Positions 23,859-36,680 of a stretch of 64,000 nucleotides of DNA are shown piece after piece. Origin of the DNA: Emiliania huxleyi CCMP1516 (Eukaryota); contig NW_005201912.1 in NCBI RefSeq assembly GCF_000372725.1, positions 124,001-188,000 of the forward strand, written 5' to 3'. Both the position numbers and the translations under genes were made by a program. A model generated the notes under the pieces. That model searched no databases, was not told the origin of the DNA, and saw nothing but the letters and a program-made list of their open reading frames with translations. Numbering within the stretch: position 1 is the first letter of the stretch; each line of letters opens with the position of its first letter.

Positions 23859-26025
23859 TCATATGGTGACTCGGCCGCTCTCGGCCACACGGCGCCAGCC
23901 TCGCCCCCACGCGCGCACGAGCGGGTACGACCAGGGAAGCAAGTTCATCTGCGCCCCCGCTATCGCGTGCCCCGGCTGCGGCCCGTGCTTCGCCTCGAGC
24001 GCCTCCAGTAGTGCCGCCTGGCCCGCGAGGCCGATCCGATTGAACGTGGCGTTCACGCGACATCCCTGACCCGCGGCCGGGAGGGAAGCCGCGAGTGCCA
24101 TCGCGCCCTCGTCGCCCACGTCGCAGCACGACAAGGCCAGCCCATGCGACGGCTCGCCCGTCGCCAGTGCCTCAGCTAACACCGCGGCTCCCTCATCGCC
24201 AATAGGCGTGATACTGACGTCGAGCATCTGCAGCGTCGGCGCCACGCCGCGATGGAACACGCCGCAGAGCGCGCCGACGCCGCGCGCGCCGAAACGGTTT
24301 GCCGTAACGTCGAGGGACTCAAGCGCCGGGAGCGCGCCGTCCTCGAGCCCCGCCGCAAGCTCCGCCACGCCCTCGTCGTCGAGGCGATTCCCAACTAGGA
24401 AGAGGGTCCGGAGGCTCTCGCAATAGTTAAGCGCCTCCGCCAGCAGCGCCGGGCTAGTCCACGCGTCGCCACGCACGAGCGGCAGACCGATGTAGTAGAG
24501 CTTCTCGACCGTGCCCAGCACGGCCTTCGCCGTCTTCTCGTAGAGCGCCAGCACGGTCGCCGAGTCCGCGCCGTTGGTGAAGCGGCAAGCGGCGAGCAGC
24601 GTCGCCATGCGCTCTGGAGTCGCGGGGAGCCGCCGCTGAGCGCCGCCGTCGCCGCTGGCGACGTCGATGACGAGCTTCCACTTGGCAAAGCCCAGCGTAG
24701 AGGGCTTTGCGCCCAGCTCTGCGGAGCAGCGCTCGAATGTCGTCCAGCCGCGAGTGTCGTAGGTCCGGCTCCGGTCAAAGCCGGCGGGCAGCTCGTCTGG
24801 CAGCTGCGTGAGCAGCACGACCGTGACCGAGGCGTGCGCGTACCAGAGGTCCTAACGCGGAATGTAAAGCCAACGTGCCGTGAGAGCGGTGCATGTTGTG
24901 GCGCTATCGGGCTGGGAAAGGGGCTGGCGTGTGCTCACCATCGTGTTCTCCAGCATGCGACCGAAGGCGGCCTTCTGCTCGCCCGACCGGCTCGCCTCAT
25001 ACGCGCGCCGCTCGGCAAATAGCGCCGGGTCCTTCTGGTAGCCCGAGCTCCAGTCCAGAAACACGCCCTGCGCGAGCCAGGAGAGGAGTGGCGGTGAGGA
25101 AGGGAGTAATGGTGGGCATGAGGCGCGGGAGGCAGCTCACCATGTCCGAGAAGCCGTACTCGCGGCACGCGCCGAGCAGGCCGCGCCCGCCGTAGAGGCC
25201 CCGCAGCTTGCGGGAGAGCAGCTGGAGCTGGCGGCCCTCTCGGTCTGGATGCGCCGCCTCAAGCCAGCAGTAGGAGACGGAGATGACGGGAAGCAGCCGG
25301 TCTGGGTTGCGCTTGCGGCCGAAAAAGCTGGCGATAAAGCCGAGAAAGGATGAGGGGGAGGGCTCCTTGCCGAAGCGCTGCAAGGCTTCCGCAAAGCCGG
25401 CGAGGTCAAAGCCGCGCCTTGCGCCTTTCTCGATCCGCCTCAGCTGAGCAGAGCTTAAGAAGGCCTCCTCTGGCAGGTCCTGCCGCCGCGGGAGCACGTC
25501 GCCCCGCTCTGCCAGCGCCATGAGCCAGTTCAGACTGATCAGCCGCACATCGCCCGGCCGGACCTTGTCGCCGTCGCCCTCGAGGGCAGCCCAGATGGAG
25601 TCGTGCCATCTGTAGCGGGCGCCGTCATTGGTGTTTGCGCGCGACCGTTCGCGAGCTTGAAGACCGGACTCGGTGTCGGGGAGCGTCGGCACGTGGTAGG
25701 GGAGCTGTGAGGCGCGTCGGCAGAGGTTGTAGACGGCGAGGATGAGGGGGTTCCGGAGGAAGAGACCCTCGATCAGATGTGTCGGGAAGAATAAGATGGC
25801 GATTGGCAGGTCGACGAAGAGCACCATCAGAATCAGATATGGAAGGCAACGCCAGGCGAGGAGGGCGGGAGGCACGCCGACAGCAGCGTCGGAGCTGCAG
25901 AGGCCGAGCGCGATGAGTGGTGAGACAACGAGATGGAATGGAAACATAATCAAAAGGAGTGCTGGCAAGAGCACGATGCCCACGAGGGTCTCAACGCACG
26001 AGCGCAGCAGGCGGGTGGCCGTCAT
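23859..26025 (-). CDS. Membrane-anchored HET-like domain + LRR (NLRC3/RanGAP-type) protein, 3 exons
   Basis: ATG at 26025 followed by hydrophobic helices. HET-type motifs ISVSYCWLEAAHPD, VFLDWSSGYQKD, DLWYAH and YDTRGWTTFER. LRRs such as LRTLFLVGNRLDDEGVAELA and LDVTANRFGARGVGAL. Confidence 0.85.
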
Positions 26026-26096
26026 ACACACAGCAAACCAAAGGCGGCCGGAGCAATGCACGAAAAAGAATTTTCCGCACCCCCTCGCACAACACT

Positions 26097-26168
26097 TTAA
26101 AATCCCTGTGTGGTGGCGGCGTGCCGTCCTCCCATCCCTCCCTTGGGTTGTCTGTTTTCTTTCTTTCT
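26097..26168 (+). mobile_element. Family M retroposon 3' end, copy 4
   Basis: Matches the other M copies; lies 71 bp upstream of the HET-LRR ATG, at the break in the upstream retroelement ORF. Confidence 0.85.
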
Positions 26169-29100
26169 GGGCATGCACAAGGCGCTTGAGGCACTCGATC
26201 GAGACGCTGTCGCAGATGGAGAGATCGTAGTCTGCGGCGGGCGTAGTGTTGAGATTGATCGTGTCGGCCACCCCCGAGGGGGAGTTCCAAGCGAGCGAGA
26301 CGCCGGTGGCGTTGCGGAGGGCGGCAACAGCAGCAGCAGAGGATGCAGCGGCGCCCGGGACGGCGGGCGCCCACGCGAGCCGCCGGGTGCGAGTGGCAGC
26401 CGAGACGCCACGGTTGTCAGCGTGGGTCAGGTTGGCGCCCGGTGTGCCCGGCGCCGCGTGCTGCAGTGCCTTGGCGATGGCGTCGGTGCACTCGGCCTTC
26501 GGCGTGATCTTCTCCTTGTGGGCTTTGTGCAGCGGGTCGTTGCGAGACGAGAGGTGGTTGAAGAACATGCTCGTCCCGTTGCCACCCGAGCCATCCGGAA
26601 GTTTGTTGGGGATGAGGCAGCAAATCTGGGCGCAGCACTCGCACTTGGTGAGCCCACTGGAGGCGAGGTCCACGGGCGTGTAGTTGTGCGTCTTGAAGTG
26701 CGTGCAGAGCGACTTGGCTGTCTTGAAGTCTCGGGCGCAGATGGAGCAAGAGAAGGTTTGGCGAGGTGGGTTGGTGTTGGAGCTGCTGGCGGCTTGCGAT
26801 CCCTCCGCCTGCTCCGCCACGTTCCCCTCCTCGCTCTCTCCTCCGACGTCCTCGTCGGACGATTCTTCGTCGCCGTCGTGGCCACTGTAAGGCGGCGGGG
26901 GCTTGCTTCCACCTCGGCGCTTGAGGCGCTGGGAGATGGGCCCCTCGTCGATGTCGAAGTCGCCCTCCGAGGTGGACTCACCCGTCGTGGTGTCGACATG
27001 CTCTGGAGGCGCAGGAAGGGCGTCTAGGAAGGCCGCACCGGCGTCTGCCGGATCGGCGTCGGCGCCGTCGTCCGCCGGGGCGATGGCGGGTCCGTGGTCG
27101 TCGCCCGTGCCCTGCTCGCCGTCGTCGGACGCCTGTCCTTGCGGTGGCGGCGGTGGCGATGGCGGCGGCGAGATCGGGCCACCTGGATCCGGTCTGGACT
27201 CGGGCGGCGGCGGCGGTGGTGGCGAGTCTGCGGCGTTGAGCTCTAGTACTTCGCGCTCGGCGTCGGCGAGGCGTTGTCCGGCGGCGAGGGCTTCGTCGTC
27301 GGTCGTCGCCTCGTCGAGGGCAGACGATGCGTTGTGCTTCTTAGCGAGGGCTTCCTCCTCCGCCGCCTTGTCGAGGGCAGTCGATGCGGCGCGCTTCTTG
27401 TCACGCTTCTTGGCGGTGGCGTCGGCGTGGGACAAAGGGTCCGACGTGTCGTCGTGGTGTGTCTTCAGCACCTTGGACGAGCCCTTGGGATCGCCCGCAC
27501 CTCCGAAGGTCGTCCGCGCTTTGCCGCTGGGCGGGGAGGCGTCGCCCTTGGCAGCAGCGTCCGCGAGTGGTGAGCGAGGGCGGACGAGCGAGCCAGATTC
27601 TTGTGTCGGCGCCGGGCGGACGACGCCGAAGTAAGTCGGGGCGAAGAGGTTGGCCGGGAACGCGTCGCCGCCGGGGGGTGGCGGTGGGGAAGGCGGCGCT
27701 GGCGGCGGCGGCGAGGGAGGAGGAGGGGGCGGCGAGGGGGGCGGTGGTGGCGGCGGTGGCGGTGGCGACGACGGTGGCACCGGCGGCGGCGACGGCGGGG
27801 CCGATGCTGTCTGGCAGTCGAGAGGCGGTTCGAACCGGCGCTTGCGCCTCGGCGGCCGGTCGATGGGGGAGGATGTCGATGGATCGAGCTCTTCGATGCT
27901 GGCGCCGTCGCCGGGCGAGGTCGAGGGCGATGCAGCCGACGATGACGCAGTGGCACCGTTGCCGGTTGCCGTCGAGGACGACGCAGCAGATGACGACGCA
28001 GCGGCGCCGTTGCCGTTGCCTGGCTGGGCGTAGGTGGTGACCGTGCCGGGGCTCAGGACGACGGGTTGGAGAAGGACGCCGGGATGGGCTGGCGTTGCCT
28101 CCCCTTCAAACGGGTACCAGAAGTCGAGTAGGATCTGGGTCGAGGTCGGGATTGGGTAGTGCACGTTGATGTGGGCGAGCGCCTCTTGGATGTCGCGGTA
28201 CTTCTTGTGGCGCGCCCTCGAGCCCCCGACGGCGCCGTGCGCTGCGCAGAGGTCCCACGTGGAAAAGACGCCCCAACCAGACCCTGGAACGTAGAGCGCG
28301 TAGTACCAAGGCTTGGGCGCGGCGGAGACGCTGTGTAAAATGAACAGGGAAGCGAAAATGCCGTTTTTGGTGTAAGCCGCCATGAGGCCGGCGAGTAAGA
28401 GATCTCCCGGGAGCTTTGCCATCACCAGTCCCAGCGGGTCGGAGAGGTCACAGAGGCCGCCCGCCGACGAGGCGTCGCGCGAGAAGAGACTGGTGATGGT
28501 CTCGTTTGCGGGCGTGCCGCCAACGAAGATGTCCATGTCGGAGTTGTTGGGGACGGGCGACGCCAGAACGGCGCCTCCTCGTCCTGGTGCTCGACTGCCT
28601 TCGGTACCGGTCGGCCCGGGTCCCGGCAGGAGCGAGTCGTCGGACGGGTAGAAGATGCGCTCGGAGTCGACGGACTTGTACAATTTGTGGCTCCGAGAGG
28701 GCCGCCCCTCGCACAGCCCAACCAGGCCCCCGCCCAGCGGGGTAGTTTCCTGGCTACTGGTCGGGCTGTGGTTGGTGCGGTTGGCTCCGGCTCTGCCAGT
28801 CGTCGAGGGCAATGTGAAAGACGGTTGTGCCGCCCCCGCCCCCTCATCCGAGGGGACCCCACCGGCGTTGTGGACACTGTGAGGGACAGGCTGCCTTGTG
28901 GCTGCCTTTGGTCCGACACAGAGCCATTCTGCACGGTGCCAGGTGGGTGGGACGGTCGAGGTAGTCGGCGCCGGACCTGTGCAGCGGGTAGAAAACACGC
29001 TAGACACGCTAGGCACACTAGACTCGTCACGCGACACAGACACAAAAGACAGGACACGAGACGAGGTAGCCTTGGCAGCAGCCGTGGCAGCAGCCGTGGC

Positions 29101-29595
29101 GGCAGCCGTGGCGGAAGCCGTGGCGGAAGCCGTGGCGACAGCCGTGGCGACAGCCGTGGCGGAAGCCGTGGCGGAAGCCGTGGCGGGAGCCGTGGCGGGA
29201 GCCGTGGCGGAAGCCGTGGCGGAAGCCGTGGCGGAAGCCGTGGCGGAAGCCGTGGCGGAAGCCGTGGCGGAAGCCGTGGCGGAAGCCGTGGCGGAAGCCG
29301 TGGCGGAAGCCGAGGCGGCAGCCGAGGCTGGCTCGGGAGCCGCGTCGGCAGCCGTCGGGTGCTCGACGATAGCTTGGACCGGCTCGACCGCGCTGCAGAT
29401 GTTTGAAGCGGGTCGAGCTGGCAGCTCTTGGAGCGTCGAGCCGAGGAGTGGGTGTCGGACAGCGCCGACGTGGGACTCCGCTGTCGCGGCGTCCACGGGG
29501 CGCAGAGCACGCGTGCTCTGCGCGAGTGCGAGCGCAGGATCGCTCAGGATCAGCAGCACGGCGGCCGCGAGCCGAAGAGGCCCGACAGCCGACAT
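26169..29595 (-). mobile_element. Truncated retroelement-like ORF: RNase H1 N-terminal (Cauli_VI) domain, Pro-rich region, C2H2 zinc finger; no RT
   Basis: WYYALYVPGSGWGVFSTWDLC...RHKKYRDIQEALAHI (Cauli_VI pattern), CSICARDFKTAKSLCTHFKTH and CECCAQIC. 3.4 kb with no intron. Resembles the N-termini of CRE/R2-like non-LTR ORFs. Confidence 0.6.
29072..29325. repeat. 12-bp coding minisatellite (GCCGTGGCGGAA) encoding (ASAT)n
   Basis: Direct observation. Confidence 0.95.
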
Positions 29596-31264
29596 GCCAG
29601 CTGAAGTAAGGAGTCCCTATCATTGAAAGAAGCAGACGGGTCGGACCACACGCTCTCCGAATGGGATTTTCTGCCCTACCGCCTGTCGCGGCCCCGCCTG
29701 CCTCCCGGGGCCCGCCCGGCCGTGCCATCCGCCGCCGGACCGCCCGGCGGGTCCAACCCGAAGCGGGCGACCGGCCGTTCGCACCGCTCGGCCGGCGGGG
29801 CGAGCCCCGCGGCCCTCGATCGCTCGCCCCGGGACGTGGCCCGACCGGCCCACGCGCACGTCCTGGCCTCTACCGCCGCTTTCGGCGGCGCAATTTGCGC
29901 CTTCATCGCTCTCTGGATCCTCCTGGCACCCATCGGACTCTTCCCGACGGTCGGAGGCACCCACTCCGTGCACTTTGAGTCAGACTCGCTCTTCGGCAGG
30001 CACGCTCTTCGGCAAAAAGTCGCCGCCGGCCGTTCACGCCGAGCCAGCCAGTTGCCGGCTCGCACGGCAGCCTCTTCCTCTCGACCAGCCTCAACTTCGA
30101 CACGGTCATCATTTTGTCGCTGCGTGCTCGTGGCGAGCCGGGCGGCGGTCAAAGTTTGCCCAGACGAGCGCCAGGCGATAGCAAGGTCTCTGTTCGCCCT
30201 GTGCATGTCAGGCCAGGCTGCAGCGGGGCACTACCATCGTGCTACGCTGTTGCAGCCTGACCTTTCCCACTGTGCACAGCCGCCAGAGCACCACCACCGC
30301 CCGGCATCGTGTCACGGCGAGCTCCTTCTGCACCCGTTCGCGAGGCTCTCGCGCTGGCACACTTCGGCCTTCCGCTGCTCGCGTTCGGCGAGCTCTTCTC
30401 CGCACTCCTGCCACGGTGCCGTCGCCACACACCTTCTGGCCGGCCTGAGCCATGCGGACTCGACCTCTCTCCCTCTCTGGAGCACGCCACGGGCCGCGAC
30501 GGCTGCTGGCAGCCGGCCGGCGTGAGGAGGCAGTTTGCCGGCACAGTCGAGCTGGAGTATCCGCTTCTTGATGCTTCTGCGGTCAAGCTCGACCTTATGT
30601 GACATGATATGCCACAATAATGCATGCTCTCACCCCTCAAAGTGTCGAAGTTTACCGGTGACTCTCCGGTGGCCCGATAGTACCGTGTGCCTTTCTTCAA
30701 ACGAACGCGCTTCGAGGTTCGACAATCGCTAAGCTGCTTATGGGGCACCGCTGCGACTCCCTTGGGGATGCCTGAGGCCACCCCAAGCACTCCCTAAGCC
30801 TTACGTGGACGATTTCAACCCTACTCTGTGTTTGTTCGTCCACGCACATTAGCAACTTTGTGCTCATGTCAACGCCACGCCAGCGCTAGCCCATTCAACC
30901 CCGCCCCATTGGGGGCGGAAGCGGCGGATCCCTGGAGGACCGCGAGCATGGTGAGAAGTTCCGGATGCGCTTTTGCGGCGCCAACCGGCGGCGCAAGGGG
31001 GGGGGCGTCTGGCGCTTGATCCAGTCTACAGATGCACGGGACGGATCGCTTATTCAGTTCATTTGCGGGAATGAGTTCTTCGAAGAGCTACGTAAAGCGC
31101 GGGACGGATTGAGATGCGTCTCTATTTGAACCCCTGGGAGAGAGAGAGAGGGGGACCCATTTTTACTTTTTATGTGGCGTAAACTTGCAGGAGGCGCCGT
31201 GATGGAAGAAACACAATAACAGGCAAATTCTTTTCTTTTTCTAGATTGCAATCAGAAACGAAAC

Positions 31265-32325
31265 ATGGTGCACCACCGTCAGTCCTCGTGCACACCCTGA
31301 CACCGTGTGGCCTGCACACCCTGACACCGTGTGGCCTGCACACCCTGACACCGTGTGGCCTGCACATCCTGACACCGTGTGGCCTGCCTGACTCTAGGCG
31401 ACCACCGTCGTCACCGTCGAGGACGTGCTCTGGGCGGAGGATAGCTTCCACGCAACACCAAACCACATCCGAGTCCGCCTCAGCTGCCGCACGCCCGCCA
31501 TCTTGGTCGACCGGAAGACCAATGTGATCGTGGCAGCGAACGTCGCTTGGCAAGACCAGTGCGGCTACCGTGCCGAGGCGATCGGTGCTACTCCCAAGAT
31601 CCTCGCGGGCGAGCGCACCGACGCTGCCAAGGCCGCTCGCTTCACCCAGCGCGTGTACGGGCGCGAGGGCCGCGCCGGGACGACACTCGTCAACTACCGT
31701 TCCGATGGCACACCCTTCCTGCATACGATCACGGCCAGCCGGATCGGCGACTTCTTCCTGGCGAAATCGACGCGGTCGATCGACCTGCAGACCGCCTCCG
31801 CGCCCCACCTCGGCGCCATCGGAGTCGCGCTCCTCGCCGCGTGCGTGCTGATCCACCTCTTCTCCGCCGTCTCCAGCGTCGGCGACTCCGCCACGTCGAC
31901 CGGGCCGGCCTCGCCGCCGCTGCCGGCCGACCGCATCCCAGTGCACGGCGTCGCTTCCGCCTTTGTCGCCGCCGCCCTCGCGCACCAGCCATTCTTCCAG
32001 CCAAAGGCGGCCGCTTGACGCCTGCTCGTGCACTAAGCCCCTCTCCCAGCCCTTTTTCTTGCCATAGGCGGCCGACCCTCCCGCCCAGATCGACTCCTCG
32101 TCGGCCCTCGTAGCCGAGGGCGCCCCCGTCGTGGGCATCTGCCTCCTCGCCCTCCTCGTTGCGGCGATGTGGGAGGAGGAGTCCGCAGCGGCCAAAGTCA
32201 ACGACGAGGACGACGACGACGAGATCGACGTCGCCGGCTCACATTTCCTCGGCCCGGTGCCGCTGGTCGAGGTCGTGTTCACGGCCGCGATCTGCCTCTT
32301 TCTGGTCGCCCAAGGCCCGCAGTAG
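31265..32325 (+). CDS. PAS-domain membrane protein, 3 exons
   Basis: ATG|GT intron 31268-31397. PAS/PAC IVAANVAWQDQCGY...IGATPKILAGERTD...LVNYRSDGTPF, followed by several hydrophobic segments. Second intron ~32007-32067. Confidence 0.75.
31289..31384. repeat. 24-bp tandem repeat x4 (TGCACACCCTGACACCGTGTGGCC), intronic
   Basis: Direct observation. Confidence 0.95.
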
Positions 32326-32541
32326 ATGGTGCGTGAGCCCCAAGGTAGAGCATGTCCATGTGCGATGTGGGCCTTCTCTCTCTCCGTACCAGTAGTGGGA
32401 GGAGGAAGGAGGAGGATGAGTTATTATACGGGCGTGCGTAGAGGAGAAGGTTTGTCGTCGGGAAAGGGCCATGCTTGTGTCTGTGTGTGCACTGGGGTGG
32501 GGAGAGGCAATCCAAGCTAGGAAGCCATGCTTGTGTCTCTG

Positions 32542-32740
32542 TAAAAAAGAAAGAAAACACACAAAACCAAACGAGGGATGGGGGAGGAGGACAGGGTCCA
32601 CACCTGCACGAGCAGGATTTTCCATGTACGGCTATCTATGACCTATGTGGCTCTTACGTACACATCTACATTCCCGGAGGAGGACTGCTGACAGGGTTGT
32701 GATTTTGGAAGGACGATCAGGGGCACAGGGGGGGAACAGG
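32542..32740 (-). mobile_element. Family M2 retroposon-like 3' end, copy 1
   Basis: AAACCAAAC...GGACAGGGTCC.CACCTGCACGAGCAGG and AAGGACGATCAGG...CACAGGGG are shared, inverted, with 58350-58457. T-rich tail. Confidence 0.65.
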
Positions 32741-33767
32741 CTCGCCGTTAAAAATATTTACCACCCAAGACAGCTTGGAGAGCTCCCGGTAACGCTACAT
32801 TTCGTAACGATGGTCGCTAAACGACACGCTATTGGCCATCTGCCTCCTGCAGCCTCTGTTGGGGCGGAATGCGCGGGGTTTTCGGCGCGATGCCTCCGGC
32901 TAGTACACGGTACTGCTCTGCCGCAAACTCTCCTGCGCTCGCGTGACGTGTGGGGCACACGCACTGCGCTCGAAAGTCGCGATTTGGCAATAGGCGCTCG
33001 AGCCGGCGCACAGTGGAGGGGGCGCCGCGCAGGGGGATCGGGGGGGTGCGAGAGGGGGCGTGGGTCGGGCGCGCACCGGCCGGCTCCGGGAGCGGCCGTC
33101 ACGTCGAAGAGGGGACCTGGTGCTGCTCGAATGACGACGCATGCCGCTCTGCTGCGCCGCCGATAGCCCCTCTTCCGAGCCGGCGCGTGGCGGCGAGCCG
33201 CGGCCAGTATCGCTGGTGCGGTGGAGGCGGCAGCTTGCATCGGCCGGCAGCGGGTGCTGCCATCACGTCGATGAGGGGGGGTTGTCGGCGACTCGTGTGG
33301 CTCGAGGCCTACGCTGCGCCGCCCAAGCCCTACTGCCGATCCAGCGCCTGGCGTTTGGGGCGAGCCGCGGTCGTCGTCGCTGATGGTATATGGCGGCGGC
33401 GGCGGCGGCTCGCCCTTCCCTCCGACCGCAATTCCGACCCCGCCGCGCTCGCGGGAGGTGGCCGTGGCTGCGCATACACCTTACGCCCTTTCTCCTCAAC
33501 GGCTATCCGTGCTTGCTGTGCCCCTGCGTGGTGTGTTTCAAGTTCTTACAACCCAAGGTGATAGAGGGCAAAAGGATCGATTGCGCTCTTGCCGATCCGC
33601 ACCTACCTACCTACCTAGGTTCACCTGGTTTATTTACATCGCACCCATCCACGCGCCAACTTCTCTGTTCTCACGCGCAGCACCTGTGCTGTGGCGTAAC
33701 GCGTAACGCGCAGCACCTGCACCTGTACCTGTGGCCCTGCGCGCAGCACCTCTGTCACCCGTCAAAA

Positions 33768-35030
33768 ATGGGCGGACGTCCAAAGCTGTCCAAGGCGCAG
33801 AGGGCCGCGGCGAAAGCTGCCGAGGATGCCGAGGCCTGGCGCGCCGAGACCGAGGCGGCTCTCATTTTGCGAGATGATCCAGCACCGCCGCTTCCGAGCT
33901 GGCCAGAAGCGGTCGCCACGTTTGGCGCGTCGACCGTGGAGGCTTTGGCTGTGACGCACCCGAACGAGCTGGCCAACGCGTGCGCCTCGGCGACCGCCTT
34001 GCGGCTCTTCCTATCCGTGCCGGCTGCCGGCGTCTTGCCATGGCGTCACCGCGCTCAGGAGTCACTGGAGACGAGCCTGCAGCGGCTGGCGCTGGACGAT
34101 GATCTGCAGGCGGACGTCAAGAGCTATCGCGCTGCGACGCTGGCGGCCGGCAGGAGCGCCGCGCCGCCACAGCTGCAGCCGCTCGAGCCTCTCGCGGCGC
34201 TGGACGGGCTGCTCTTGGCGCTGTGGGGCGTGGGCCGGCGGCGGAGGGAGAAGCTTGCCCACCCGGTGGGGGTGATGGAGGTGGCTGCCGCGGTGGCATT
34301 CGGCCTTGCTAGCGTGAGTGAGCGCTGCCGCTCGCTGCTTCGCGCAGCGCCGGCTGAGGTGCGCCAGAGCTGGGGCGTCCGCGAGGAGTGGGTGCGGGGC
34401 GACGCGCCGGCGAAGACGCCGTGGCGCAAGGGCGGCTGCTCGCTGCTGCGCCTGCTTCGCGCGCGGTGGGTGGAGGCGGTCGCTGTCTCGGGAGGCTGCG
34501 ACTGCGCGCAGCCGCCCGTTCGGGTCGCGCTGCTCGCCTGGCAGTATGCTGGCCGCGACGCGGGCGCGCGCTGGCTCGCGTTTGCGGTTCCGAGCACCGC
34601 GGCGGTGGAGGCTGTCGTTGGAGGCGGAGGAGGCGGAGGCGGCGCGGTCGAGCTCGGAGCGTCGAACGGGTACTGGGCGCGGCTTCTCGCCACGGCGGGT
34701 CTCGAGCCCTTCACGGCGCGCTAGACCATCTCCCCGCCCGGTTGTTCCGCTGTCCCCTTTTTTGTGACACCTTTCTTCTTTCAGGCGCTCGACATCTCCC
34801 CGCCCGACGGGGCGGAGCGGCAACGCCCTCCGGTGGAGATTGGGTCTGCGGAGAGCCTCGCCGAGCCGCGGCTGGCGGGCGCTGCCACGCTTGTGCTGTG
34901 CATGCCTTCGCCCGGGGAGGCGCCGCCCCTCCCTCCGCCACCAACCTCCCACCACCACCTCCGCCATCCCACCACCACCACCACCACCACCACCACGACC
35001 ACCACCACCACCACCACCACCACCAACACC

Positions 35031-35086
<56 letters not shown>

Positions 35087-35803
35087 CCACCACACCACCA
35101 CCACCACCTCCACCGCCCCAATCCCCGCCGCCACCCTCGCCTCCGCATCCCCTCACCACCGCCTCCCTCACCGCCGCCCATCCCAACCAAGGCGGATCTC
35201 TCGGACGCCGCGCTCGAGTCCTTCCGCGGCAGCCGCGTCGCCTACATTGGCGAGTGGGGGAGTGGCATGACGGGCACCCGCCACCTGCACGACGCCCTCT
35301 CCGAGCCAGCCTCGTGGGCACTGGAGGCGCACGTGCCGCTCCCAAACTTCGCAAAGCTGCGCATCGCCCTCTACCTCTTCCGGAGGCGGGACCCCGACGC
35401 GCGATCGGCGCAGCAAGCAGCTCCCCACCAGGCGGGCGGCAAGCGCAAGCGGCGCGACGCCGCCGAGAGCATCGTCGGCTGCGACGTGTGCGGCAGTCGG
35501 CAGCGGCGCTTGTGGCGCTGCCCGTGGTCGCGCCAGCTGCTGGTGTGCGGCGAGGGCTGCTACGCCGCCGCAGAGCAGCGCCACACCGCCACGCTCGCCC
35601 TCTGCTTTTGCGGCGCCGCGCCAACGTTGCGGCCGCCGTTTGCTCTCTTCGAGGCAGCGGCGTGGTTGGAGCGGTCACAGGCGAGCGACGTAGAGTGGGA
35701 CTCCCTTCGCGATGCGACGCCGCAGGCCGAGCTCAAGCCGCCCGGCGCGCCGAGGCCGCGGGCGCACGGGTCGGTCGTCACGCGGAGGCAGTCCCGGTCG
35801 TGA
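33768..35803 (+). CDS. SAM-dependent methyltransferase-like protein with C-terminal Cys-rich (MYND-like) finger
   Basis: Motifs FAVPS, VELGASNGYWARLL, ALDISPP, LVLCMP, VAYIGEW and CDVC...C...CGEGC...H. One intron carries (ACC)n(AAC)n. Confidence 0.7.
34950..35110. repeat. (ACC)n/(AAC)n trinucleotide repeat, intronic
   Basis: Direct observation. Confidence 0.95.
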
Positions 35804-36680
35804 GGTGGTCTCTCTGGTGACCTCACCTGTGAGACTCGATTACACTCTCGAAAAGCCACACTGTTCAAAAGAGCACACAATATCAGAGGTGGGCGATTAT
35901 GGACGTGCAAACTACAGAGAGTCGTTTTCTGAGTCTCGAGTAGCGCCGCGAACACTCAATGAGAAAGACTCTTGAGCAAACTGGGGCGCATCTGGATCTT
36001 CCATCTCCCGCTCAGAAAATGCTAGTGGCCTGAACCTGCCGACTTAGTGTGGAAGTGTCGCCCGGTGTCGAGCTTTGCGGTCGAGATGATGTCGAGGTTG
36101 GGGCTCAGCCATTGGCGGACGACGGGCAACGCTCAACCGAGTGCACGAGGAGACGTGGTTGCGCAACCCCAGTCCCGATCACGGCGTGGCCTGCGGAAGT
36201 AGTCACAGGAGCAGAGAGCCGATCCCGAGCCTGCCTCTGTCGCGGCACTCGGAGGGCGCAGCGAGGAGCGTCGCGGCTGCGGGCGCCGCAACTCACGTTG
36301 CCTCGCCCTAGCCTGCCGCCATCACCATCGCCGCCGCCGCCGCTGCCATTGCCACCACCGCCCGATCGCTGCCATGTCTACCCAGCTGCGTCGTGGCGTC
36401 CGGCGGCACCCGCGCGGCCGACGCGCATGGGCAGCTGCGTGCGGGCCACGGCCGCGAGAAGCCTTGGCTGCAGCTGCCAAAGTCGCGCCGAGAGCAGGCC
36501 TGCGGGCGAAGCAGCGCACGGAGCAGGTACCTGCGAGGCCGTCGTCTGCTCCGCCTACGCGACGAGCTTCGACGAGCACCCCGCGCAACCGGCGCCTGCA
36601 CCAACACATCCGACACCAGCGTAGCCGGCGGCGGCGGCGATCCGCGCAGCCGGCACCCGTGCAACCCGGCACCCACGCGG

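Noticed and set aside
26169..29595. Intact autonomous retrotransposon
   Set aside because: No RT (YxDD) or endonuclease motif is present; the ORF is cut at the M insertion.
31289..31384. 24-bp repeats as a CRISPR-like array
   Set aside because: Head-to-tail copies with no spacers, inside an intron.
34388..35820. PolyH/polyQ/polyN/polyT protein tracts
   Set aside because: The trinucleotide repeat lies in an inferred intron of the methyltransferase-like gene.
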